The position numbers were made by a program, and so were the translations under genes. A model generated the notes under the pieces. That model searched no databases. It was not told where the DNA came from and was given only the letters and a program-made list of their open reading frames with translations. Shown piece after piece: positions 1 to 5,543 of a stretch of 32,391 nucleotides of DNA. Position 1 is the first letter of the stretch, and each line of letters begins with the position of its first letter. Origin of the DNA: a virus; the IMG/VR virus record IMGVR_UViG_3300045988_068295. The stretch is one strand, 5' to 3'.

Positions 1-312
1 ATGATCGACGAAAGCCTTGTGGTGCTTTTGCAGTGCATCCGGGAGCACTTTGGCAAGCCCATCACGATCACCAGCGGCTACCGCACCGGAACCCACAACA
101 CCGCCGTCGGCGGCTCCAGATCCAGCCAGCACCTGCTGGGCAAGGCAGCGGACATCCAGGTGGCGGGCGTGTCCGTCGAGGACGTGGCCGCCTACGCCGA
201 GAGCCTGATGCCCGCCTGGGGTGGCGTTGGCCGCTACCCCGTCAAGGCGGGCCGCGCCAAGGGCTGGGTGCATGTGGACACCCGGCCCAACAAAAGCAGA
301 TGGACGCAGTGA
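1..312 (+). CDS. Endolysin, zinc peptidase M15 (Peptidase_M15_3 / YcbK-like). This is the C-terminal 103 aa; the N-terminal 34 codons lie at 32213..32314 across the circular junction.
   Basis: Motifs SGYRTGTHNTAVGG, SSQHLLGKAADI (H-x6-D metal ligands) and GWVHVDTR. The reading frame is continuous with the ATG at 32213. A holin gene follows directly. Confidence 0.85.
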   Translation: MIDESLVVLLQCIREHFGKPITITSGYRTGTHNTAVGGSRSSQHLLGKAADIQVAGVSVEDVAAYAESLMPAWGGVGRYPVKAGRAKGWVHVDTRPNKSRWTQ

Positions 313-323
313 GGAGGTGGCGC

Positions 324-749
324 ATGAAAGATTATTTTTGCATGGCGATCGGCGCGATCGGCGGCGTGATCGCCGGTCTTTTTGGCGGCTGGGATGCCGC
401 CATGCAAACGCTGGTGATCTTTATGGCCGTCGACTACATCACCGGTCTAATTGTGGCCGGTGTGTTTCACGCATCGCCCAAAACCAAGACCGGGACACTG
501 GAAAGCCGGGCAGGCTGGAAGGGCCTGATCCGCAAGGGCGAAACGCTCCTGATCGTGCTGGTGGCCTGCAGGCTGGATGCCGTGATGGGTTCCACCTTTG
601 TGCGGGATGCCGTTGTGATCGGCTTTATCTGTAACGAGACCATTTCCATCATTGAAAACGCGGGCTTGATGGGACTGCCGATCCCGGCAGCGCTCACCAA
701 GGCTGTGGACATTTTAAAGCAGCGCTCGGAAACCGAGCAGAAAGGATAA
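324..749 (+). CDS. Holin (Phage_holin_4_1 / toxin-secretion-phage-lysis holin family)
   Basis: ATG at 324 is preceded by GAGGAGG (312..318). There are several TM segments and the family-typical DYITG...SRAGWKG...NETISIIENAGLMGLPIP pattern. The ORF-track start at 33 overlaps the endolysin and lacks an RBS. Confidence 0.8.
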   Translation: MKDYFCMAIGAIGGVIAGLFGGWDAAMQTLVIFMAVDYITGLIVAGVFHASPKTKTGTLESRAGWKGLIRKGETLLIVLVACRLDAVMGSTFVRDAVVIGFICNETISIIENAGLMGLPIPAALTKAVDILKQRSETEQKG

Positions 750-755
750 GCTCTT

Positions 756-1136
756 ATGAATGAATTTCTGAAAGTCGCTCTTACTGCCTGCATCCCCGCA
801 ATGACAGTTATCTTTGGCTGGGGCCTGAACAAGGGTGTCAGCATTGCAAACGGCTACATCAACAACAAGTTTGCGCAGACCTGTCTCCAGAATGCCGCCA
901 ACGCGGTGTTCAATGCTGTCCAGTATGTCAACCAGACCTACGTTGATGCCCTGAAGGAACAGGACAAGTTCGACGAGGACGCGCAGCGCATTGCCTACAA
1001 CCGCGCACTGACCGCAGCGAAGAAAGCCCTGACGCAGGAGACCATCACGTTCATCAAGGAGACCTTTGGCGACCTCGACAGCTACCTGAAGCCGATGATC
1101 GAAGCGCAGGTGCGCAGCCAGAAGACCTATATGTGA
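756..1136 (+). CDS. Holin_LLH-like protein / second lysis-cassette membrane protein
   Basis: N-terminal TM (ALTACIPAMTVIFGWGL) followed by a helical region (QTYVDALKEQDKFDEDAQRIAY...LKPMIEAQV) resembling LL-H type holins. Its position is directly after the holin. Confidence 0.55.
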   Translation: MNEFLKVALTACIPAMTVIFGWGLNKGVSIANGYINNKFAQTCLQNAANAVFNAVQYVNQTYVDALKEQDKFDEDAQRIAYNRALTAAKKALTQETITFIKETFGDLDSYLKPMIEAQVRSQKTYM

Positions 1137-1171
1137 TGTTTCTGTAGTGCCAACAAAATCATAGTATCGCA

Positions 1172-1215
1172 ACAGCCCCGGGGAGCCTGACGGTTCCACG
1201 GGGCTGTTTTTGTTT
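1172..1215 (+). terminator. Rho-independent terminator ending the lysis cassette
   Basis: ACAGCCCCG (1172..1180) pairs with CGGGGCTGT (1199..1207) and is followed by TTTTTGTTT. Confidence 0.7.
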
Positions 1216-1309
1216 GCAGCGCATTCCGACATGTTGCGACACATTTTAACACTTTCGGCACATTTCCGGCATTTTCCAGCTAGAGTTGTACCGGAAGGAA
1301 GTGTAAAAA

Positions 1310-1660
1310 ATGACCACTTATGATATGACCGATTTTGCCGCACAGGTGGACGGGGTGCTGCGCCCGCTGGGCATCACCCGCAATATGCGGGCTTACCACA
1401 CTCTGAGCGAGGCGCTCCGGCTGATCTGCGAGCAGGAGGACCGGCTGGAAGCCGTCCAGAAAGAAATTTACGAGCCCATTGCAGACCGCCATTGCTGCGA
1501 CTGGACCGCCATTCAGAGCATGATCCGCCGTGCCGCGCAGACCGCATGGGCCACCAACCCTGCGCAGGTGCAGCATCTGGCTGGCTACCCGCTGACCGGC
1601 TGCCCCAGTGCCGTGCAGTTTCTGGAGCTGTTGTATAATGGGATGGTGAGAGGGGTGTAA
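1310..1660 (+). CDS. Stand-alone Spo0A C-terminal (Spo0A_C) DNA-binding domain protein with no receiver domain
   Basis: Aligns by eye along its length to the B. subtilis Spo0A effector domain: LGITRNMRAYHTLSEAL vs IGVPAHIKGYLYLREAI, VQKEIYEPIADRH vs ITKVLYPDIAKKF, IQSMIRRAAQTAW vs VERAIRHAIEVAW, and GYPLTGCPSAVQFLELL vs GYTV..KPTNSEFIAMV. RBS GGAAGGAAG. Confidence 0.8.
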   Translation: MTTYDMTDFAAQVDGVLRPLGITRNMRAYHTLSEALRLICEQEDRLEAVQKEIYEPIADRHCCDWTAIQSMIRRAAQTAWATNPAQVQHLAGYPLTGCPSAVQFLELLYNGMVRGV

Positions 1661-1674
1661 ATCGCCTTAGCCCA

Positions 1675-1697
1675 AAAAGTGGGTTGCGAAGTGGGTT
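1675..1697 (+). repeat. Putative integrase arm-type site, copy 1 (AAAAGTGGGTTGCGAAGTGGGTT; contains 2x AAGTGGGTT)
   Basis: 23-nt direct repeat, 22/23 identical to 1882..1904, flanking the tRNA-derived core. Confidence 0.6.
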
Positions 1698-1710
1698 TGC
1701 ACAAAAGAAA

Positions 1711-1747
1711 AGCACCCGGAAACTTACGTTTCTAGGTGCTATTTCTT
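1711..1747 (+). terminator. Possible terminator after the Spo0A_C-like gene
   Basis: Interrupted hairpin AGCACC-cg-GAAAC-ttac-GTTTC-ta-GGTGCT followed by ATTTCTT. The U-tract is weak. Confidence 0.35.
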
Positions 1748-1770
1748 GGTGGGCGCGGGTGGATTCGAAC
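1747..1770 (-). other. attP core: 3' fragment of a tRNA gene (T-loop, T-stem 3' strand, acceptor 3' strand, CCA)
   Basis: The minus strand reads GTTCGAATCCACCCGCGCCCACCA. Sequence 5' of the T-loop cannot form a T-stem, so only the 3' part of a tRNA is present. It lies 130 bp beyond the integrase stop in the same orientation. Confidence 0.7.
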
Positions 1771-1881
1771 AACTATTCTTTCGGCCTGTCCATTCCTGCC
1801 GTGTCAGAAAATGCAGCATTCAAGCCACTTTTCGGGCACGGCACGGAATGCGCGGTGCACCGCCGGAATGGCTCGAACATT

Positions 1882-1904
1882 AAAAGTGGGTTGCAAAGTG
1901 GGTT
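1882..1904 (+). repeat. Putative integrase arm-type site, copy 2 (AAAAGTGGGTTGCAAAGTGGGTT)
   Basis: Direct repeat of 1675..1697 with one mismatch. It overlaps the integrase stop codon. Confidence 0.6.
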
Positions 1905-3060
1905 ATTTTTCGGGACCCGGCGCGTACTCGGACAGCACGCCGGAGACGGCCTGCGCGGTGGCGTCATCGCGGCCGGTGACGGCGTGGGAGTACCAGCCGT
2001 AGGTGTCCATGCTCTTGCTGTGGCCCACGATGCGGCGCAGCTGTGCGGGCGGCACGGCGTCCTCGATCATGCTCACAAAGGTGTGCCGCAGCTCGTACAG
2101 GCTGACCGGCGGGTCGATGCCGTTGCAGCGCTGGTAGACCCTCCAGTAATTGTACAGGCTCTGCTGGTTGGACAGCAGAAAAAGCGGGTCATCGTCCCGC
2201 AAGGGGCGCTCCTCTTCCTGCGTGCGCTGCTGCAGCTGGGCGCGGATTTCGGCCACAGCTAGAGGGTGCAGCACCACCGTTCGGATGGCGTTCTCGTTCT
2301 TGCCGCTGGTCTCTTCGTTCTGGCGGTTGATGGCCCGCCCGATGTGCACCCGGTCACCATCCAGATCGCCCACACGCAGGCCCAGCAGCTCACCAGGGCG
2401 CAAGCCGGTCATGACCGCGATGCGGTAGGCGTGCACGTTCTCGTCCTGCTCCACTTTTCCACGCACCACACGGGTGTCTGTGGATAAGAGCACCCGCAGA
2501 CTGTCCGGCTGCAGGATTTTCCGGCCCTTCAGGCGGGCACCCTTCGGCACGGTCAGATCCTCGTCCTCCGGGCGCAGGGAGGTGTATTTATGCTGGCGCG
2601 CCCACTTGACAAAGGCCACCTCCACGCCACGGATGCCCTGCAGCGTTTTGCGGGACAGGTTGCCCCGGCTCTTGCGCTTGCTGTCCGGATTCAGACAGCC
2701 TTCCTTATAGGAGCGGTTCAGCACGTCCTGCAGCATGCCGGTGGTCAGGTCGCCGATGCGCCGCGCACCGATCACCGGCAGGATGTAGTTGCGCCCGAAC
2801 TTCTCCACCTGCTCGATGTTGCTGGTGCCACCCGTGGCTTTGACCGAAATCATGTACTCGGCCCACACGTCTGCGCAGCGTTTTGTGGTGCTGCTGATGC
2901 CCTCGTCCAGCCAGACGTCCGCCTTGCGGTTCGCTTCGCGCTGGCCTGTCCGGCCGGGCTTAGTGCTGGTAAAGGTGCGGCGCACGCCGTCCTTCTGCAC
3001 CTTGATCTGCCAGCGGTTCTGGTTCGGCAGCCACACCGCCGTATTGGTTCGCAATCCCAT
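1903..3060 (-). CDS. int: Tyrosine recombinase / phage integrase with an AP2-like arm-binding N-terminus
   Basis: Catalytic-region motifs LRPGELLGLRVGDLD, ELRHTFVS and VGHSKSMDTYGWYSH. The N-terminus WQIKVQKDGVRRTFTSTKPGRTGQREA is typical of arm-binding domains. The start at 3060 has GGAGGTG 8 nt upstream; the ORF-track start at 3153 lacks an RBS. Confidence 0.9.
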   Translation of the reverse strand: MGLRTNTAVWLPNQNRWQIKVQKDGVRRTFTSTKPGRTGQREANRKADVWLDEGISSTTKRCADVWAEYMISVKATGGTSNIEQVEKFGRNYILPVIGARRIGDLTTGMLQDVLNRSYKEGCLNPDSKRKSRGNLSRKTLQGIRGVEVAFVKWARQHKYTSLRPEDEDLTVPKGARLKGRKILQPDSLRVLLSTDTRVVRGKVEQDENVHAYRIAVMTGLRPGELLGLRVGDLDGDRVHIGRAINRQNEETSGKNENAIRTVVLHPLAVAEIRAQLQQRTQEEERPLRDDDPLFLLSNQQSLYNYWRVYQRCNGIDPPVSLYELRHTFVSMIEDAVPPAQLRRIVGHSKSMDTYGWYSHAVTGRDDATAQAVSGVLSEYAPGPEK

Positions 3061-3085
3061 AAAAATACACCTCCATGGGTACACT

Positions 3086-3114
3086 TTGACAAGCCTGCCC
3101 GGAGGTGGTACAAT
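3086..3114 (+). promoter_or_regulatory. Near-consensus sigma-A type promoter: TTGACA, 17-nt spacer, TGgTACAAT
   Basis: TTGACA at 3086..3091, a 17-nt spacer and an extended -10 TGgTACAAT ending at 3114. It points away from int and into the int/cargo intergenic region. Confidence 0.6.
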
Positions 3115-3120
3115 ACAACT

Positions 3121-3194
3121 GCTGGATTGGATTGTTCCTCGTGAGCAAGCCATTCTTTCGCGCCCTGCCGGTTGCCGCCGGTGGGGCGTTTTTT
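3121..3194 (+). ncRNA. Candidate small RNA of about 74 nt, cis-antisense to the cargo-int intergenic region
   Basis: Bounded by the consensus promoter (3086..3114) and a strong intrinsic terminator (3161..3194). No RBS or credible ORF is present. It contains a UUCCUC anti-SD-like stretch. Confidence 0.45.
3161..3194 (+). terminator. Rho-independent terminator, plus-strand polarity
   Basis: An 11-bp stem (CGCCCTGCCGG / CCGGTGGGGCG, two G-U pairs), loop TTGCCG, then TTTTTT. On the minus strand no U-tract follows the hairpin. Confidence 0.75.
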
Positions 3195-3203
3195 ATTCAA
3201 AAA

Positions 3204-4217
3204 TCAGGATGCCTTCCGGCCTTCGCTCTTGCCGGAAGAGATATAGTGCTCATAGTATTTCTGGTTATCTTCGCCAAAAGCGGCAACCAAATCAGGATTA
3301 TTTGCTTTGTAGGCGGCAAGGCTAAATGTACTGCTGCCCTGACGGCCCTCCTTCATGCCGCTGTTTACGAAATGCTCCAGATACTTCCACTGGTTATCTC
3401 CAAACAGGGCAGCCAGATCGGCGTTGTGCTCTTTGTAATACTGATAATCGTAAACAGGGGCGTATTTGCTGGTCAGCACATAGTAAGGCTGATTCGTCGG
3501 GTCGCTTCTGAAGTGACCCGAATACAGGGCTTTTTGATTGACGGTCTCTTTGCTTCCGTCCATATAGATGATATCCGCCTTAGTCACGGCAATCTCGTCG
3601 ATCGTGCTGTTGTACCAAAGGCAATCCCATTCCACTGCTGCATTGTAAATTGCATTCTGAAGTTCGTCATCTGTCAGATAAGTAGTGGAATCCAACTGAC
3701 CCTGCATCTTGGAATGATCAATCACGGACAGAACAGAGGACGGAGTGTAAGAATCAGCATAATAGGCATTACCGTCCTTGTCCAAAAAGATTCTATGCCC
3801 GTTGCGCTCTTCTGCGCCAAAGTAATAGTTCGTTGCAAGCTGCTGCTGTGCCTGGAACGGTCCAAAATCCCCCATGGACGCGGGAGAAGTCACCGTGTTT
3901 GCGACCGTTCGGTCAAATCTTGTCGGAGCAATCGGCCCTACTACCTGGGCCGTCACCGTCGAACGGCCGCTGATCGTGCAGGAAGTTCTATCACCGACCG
4001 CATTAAGCGGAACCAGCGTGAACGTAACGTATTTAATGGTTTTGTTTGAATTATTCCGGAAGCAGACCGTGGGGCTGACGCCGTCAAAATCGTCGACCGT
4101 AAAATAGACGTCGGTGAGCTCGACCGCAGGCTTTGCCGCAAAGGCACCGCATGCGAGAATCGTCATCAGCGCCAGTGTAAAAACAACGCCTAAAAGCCTT
4201 TTTACTGACTTTTTCAT
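3204..4217 (-). CDS. Secreted protein of unknown function (prophage cargo / moron) with two C-terminal repeats of about 38 aa
   Basis: RBS GGAGAG. Sec signal peptide MKKSVKRLLGVVFTLALMTILACGAFA followed by AKP. Tandem C-terminal repeats YKEHNADLAALFGDNQWKYLEHFVNSGMKEGR and YKANNPDLVAAFGEDNQKYYEHYISSGKSEGR. GC is visibly lower than the flanking DNA. Confidence 0.75.
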   Translation of the reverse strand: MKKSVKRLLGVVFTLALMTILACGAFAAKPAVELTDVYFTVDDFDGVSPTVCFRNNSNKTIKYVTFTLVPLNAVGDRTSCTISGRSTVTAQVVGPIAPTRFDRTVANTVTSPASMGDFGPFQAQQQLATNYYFGAEERNGHRIFLDKDGNAYYADSYTPSSVLSVIDHSKMQGQLDSTTYLTDDELQNAIYNAAVEWDCLWYNSTIDEIAVTKADIIYMDGSKETVNQKALYSGHFRSDPTNQPYYVLTSKYAPVYDYQYYKEHNADLAALFGDNQWKYLEHFVNSGMKEGRQGSSTFSLAAYKANNPDLVAAFGEDNQKYYEHYISSGKSEGRKAS

Positions 4218-4293
4218 GATTCTCTCCTTTTTTCTGTTGAAAAAATCCCAGTTTTCTGCGATTTTTTCGTTTGTTTTCAGTTGTCAAAAATTG

Positions 4294-4322
4294 TTGCAAT
4301 TAACGCCGAATGGTTGTATAAT
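4294..4322 (+). promoter_or_regulatory. Near-consensus promoter: TTGCAA, 17-nt spacer, TATAAT
   Basis: TTGCAA at 4294..4299, a 17-nt spacer and TATAAT at 4317..4322. Confidence 0.65.
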
Positions 4323-4358
4323 GTTCTTGGACATAAAACCGAATCGGAGGATTGCCAC

Positions 4359-4463
4359 ATGACACGACAAGATTACATCAACGCCATTCTGAAACTGCTG
4401 GAAAAAGCCGATTTCCGCCAGCTGCGGCTTGTGTGGGTGTACGCAAGCCACCTGATCGGATGA
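4359..4463 (+). CDS. 34-aa micro-ORF (MTRQDYINAILKLLEKADFRQLRLVWVYASHLIG), function unknown
   Basis: GGAGG (4346..4350) lies 8 nt upstream of the ATG at 4359. The ORF sits between a consensus promoter and an intrinsic terminator. The longer track ORF (4281) starts upstream of the promoter -10. Confidence 0.4.
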   Translation: MTRQDYINAILKLLEKADFRQLRLVWVYASHLIG

Positions 4464-4482
4464 GCCGCCAGCCACCATGCGA

Positions 4483-4514
4483 GGGAAGCCTTTACAGGCT
4501 TTCCTCTTTTTTTT
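4483..4514 (+). terminator. Rho-independent terminator, plus polarity, overlapping the 3' end of the repressor CDS
   Basis: GGAAGCC / GGCTT(T)CC stem with one bulge, followed by TCTTTTTTTT. Confidence 0.6.
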
Positions 4515-4869
4515 GCGTCAGTTTTTCGGCCATGCGTTCCAGCAGTTCCCAGTCTGCCGGGCTCAAGCCTGCCAGCATTTCGATAAAACGCTTTTTAAAG
4601 GTGTCGCTGTCATCTTTGGTCAGGTCAGCCAGAAAGGCCGCCACCTGCTCGGACTGGGTGTCCTGTACAAACATTTCACCCTCGCCTTCGCGCAGCCATG
4701 CTTCCCGGACGCCGAACTCCCGGCAGATGTCGCTGATCGTGCGGTCGCTGGGGGCTTTTGCACCAGAGCAAAGTTCTGATGCAAAAGGTTGTGAGATGTG
4801 CAAGCGGTTTGCAAAATCCACCTTTTTCAAACCGAGTTCTTCAATGATTTTCTTTATACGCTCGTTCAT
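4492..4869 (-). CDS. CI-like repressor, XRE-family HTH
   Basis: N-terminal HTH (RIKKIIEELGLKKVDFANRLHISQPFASELCSG). The ATG at 4869 has GGAGGTG 6 nt upstream; the track start at 4878 is a GTG inside the RBS. It is divergent from the early operon. Confidence 0.85.
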   Translation of the reverse strand: MNERIKKIIEELGLKKVDFANRLHISQPFASELCSGAKAPSDRTISDICREFGVREAWLREGEGEMFVQDTQSEQVAAFLADLTKDDSDTFKKRFIEMLAGLSPADWELLERMAEKLTQKKEESL

Positions 4870-4893
4870 TTGTATCACCTCCTTCTATTTCGG

Positions 4894-4922
4894 ATTGTAC
4901 CACGTGGGTGCTACTGTGTCAA
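4894..4922 (-). promoter_or_regulatory. Leftward (repressor) promoter: TTGACA, 17-nt spacer, TGgTACAAT
   Basis: The reverse complement of 4894..4922 reads TTGACAcagtagcacccacgtggTACAAT. Confidence 0.65.
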
Positions 4923-4932
4923 GAATAAAATT

Positions 4933-4943
4933 TAGCTCAGCTA
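4933..4943. promoter_or_regulatory. Operator O1: TAGCTCAGCTA (core of the perfect 13-bp palindrome TTAGCTCAGCTAA)
   Basis: Perfect inverted repeat, 10 bp upstream of the repressor promoter -35. Confidence 0.6.
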
Positions 4944-4955
4944 ATAATTTTACGC

Positions 4956-4984
4956 TTGACATTGTAGCAGAGCTATGCTATAGT
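4956..4984 (+). promoter_or_regulatory. Rightward early promoter (PR-like): TTGACA, 17-nt spacer, TATAGT
   Basis: TTGACA at 4956..4961, a 17-nt spacer and TATAGT at 4979..4984. Confidence 0.7.
4965..4975. promoter_or_regulatory. Operator O2: TAGCAGAGCTA, inside the PR spacer
   Basis: Matches the TAGCNNAGCTA pattern. Its centre is 32 bp from O1 and 21 bp from O3. Confidence 0.55.
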
Positions 4985-4985
4985 A

Positions 4986-4996
4986 TAGCCAAGCTA
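4986..4996. promoter_or_regulatory. Operator O3: TAGCCAAGCTA, at the PR start-site region
   Basis: Matches TAGCNNAGCTA. A further half-site, TTAGCC, lies at 5005..5010. Confidence 0.55.
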
Positions 4997-5041
4997 AGGC
5001 GAACTTAGCCGGCCAAGTCAACCAGAAGGGAGGTGAAGAAG

Positions 5042-5227
5042 ATGAATCACTATCCCCGCACACCGGAAGAACAGGAACGGCTTAACAAGAAGATGCAGGA
5101 ACTCGACCAGAAGATGCTGGAGGAAACCGAGCGATACTATGCACGCCTTGACCTGAAATACGGTATTGCTTTCGCTCTGTCCATCATTGCGCTGCTCATC
5201 AACGTCATCAACCTTTTAAGGCTGTAG
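5042..5227 (+). CDS. 61-aa tail-anchored membrane protein, first gene downstream of PR
   Basis: GGGAGG lies 8 nt upstream of the ATG at 5042. The N-terminus is a charged helix and the C-terminus is a TM segment (YGIAFALSIIALLINVINLL). No HTH is present. Confidence 0.5.
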   Translation: MNHYPRTPEEQERLNKKMQELDQKMLEETERYYARLDLKYGIAFALSIIALLINVINLLRL

Positions 5228-5543
5228 CAATGGCAACAAGCAGGCTCAAAACCGACAAACTAAGAGCAATGTTGGCACGCCTTTCAGTTTTTGTGAAATG
5301 CTTTTGTTCTTCCAGAGCAACACGGCCACCAGCATTGATCTGGTAGGTATACTCCGGTTCTTCGTACTCATACCGGAACGCATCTTCATCTTCATATCGA
5401 AAGACCATATTCTTATCCGTCAGCCATTGCATGGTTTCAAAGTTGACGGTCATGCCGTACTTTCCCATCTGATAAATAGAAAGAGCCTCATCCTGATGCT
5501 CGTTCAGGAATTCCAGAACCTTCAGCGTTTTTACGTCCAGCAT
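5208..5543 (-). CDS. 111-aa tail-anchored membrane protein on the lysogeny strand, embedded in the early region
   Basis: The ATG at 5543 has AAAGGAG 8 nt upstream. C-terminal TM (IALSLSVLSLLVAIATAL). Possible promoter TTGTGG, 17-nt spacer, TATACT (the -10 is the reverse complement of 5566..5571). GC is lower than the surroundings. Confidence 0.55.
   Translation of the reverse strand: MLDVKTLKVLEFLNEHQDEALSIYQMGKYGMTVNFETMQWLTDKNMVFRYEDEDAFRYEYEEPEYTYQINAGGRVALEEQKHFTKTERRANIALSLSVLSLLVAIATALKG

Noticed and set aside
1684-2262. 192-aa plus-strand ORF spanning attP and the integrase 3' end.
   Set aside because: It overlaps the tRNA fragment and is antisense to the integrase catalytic domain. 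It has no RBS and its translation is low-complexity.
3105-4049. 314-aa plus-strand ORF opposite the secreted cargo gene.
   Set aside because: It has no RBS. It starts inside the promoter -10 region, runs through a strong terminator hairpin, and is antisense to a CDS that has a signal peptide and an RBS.
3204-4217. Lipoprotein call for the cargo protein (ILAC near the end of the signal peptide).
   Set aside because: The -2 position is Leu, which does not fit the lipobox consensus. An A-F-A signal peptidase I site follows 4 residues later, so only a generic secreted protein is claimed.
4218-4293. Dedicated promoter for the cargo gene (TTGACA on the minus strand at 4282..4287).
   Set aside because: The best -10 candidate (AAAAAT) has a spacing of only about 15 nt and poor consensus, which is too weak to report. 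Read-through from the repressor promoter is an equally good explanation.
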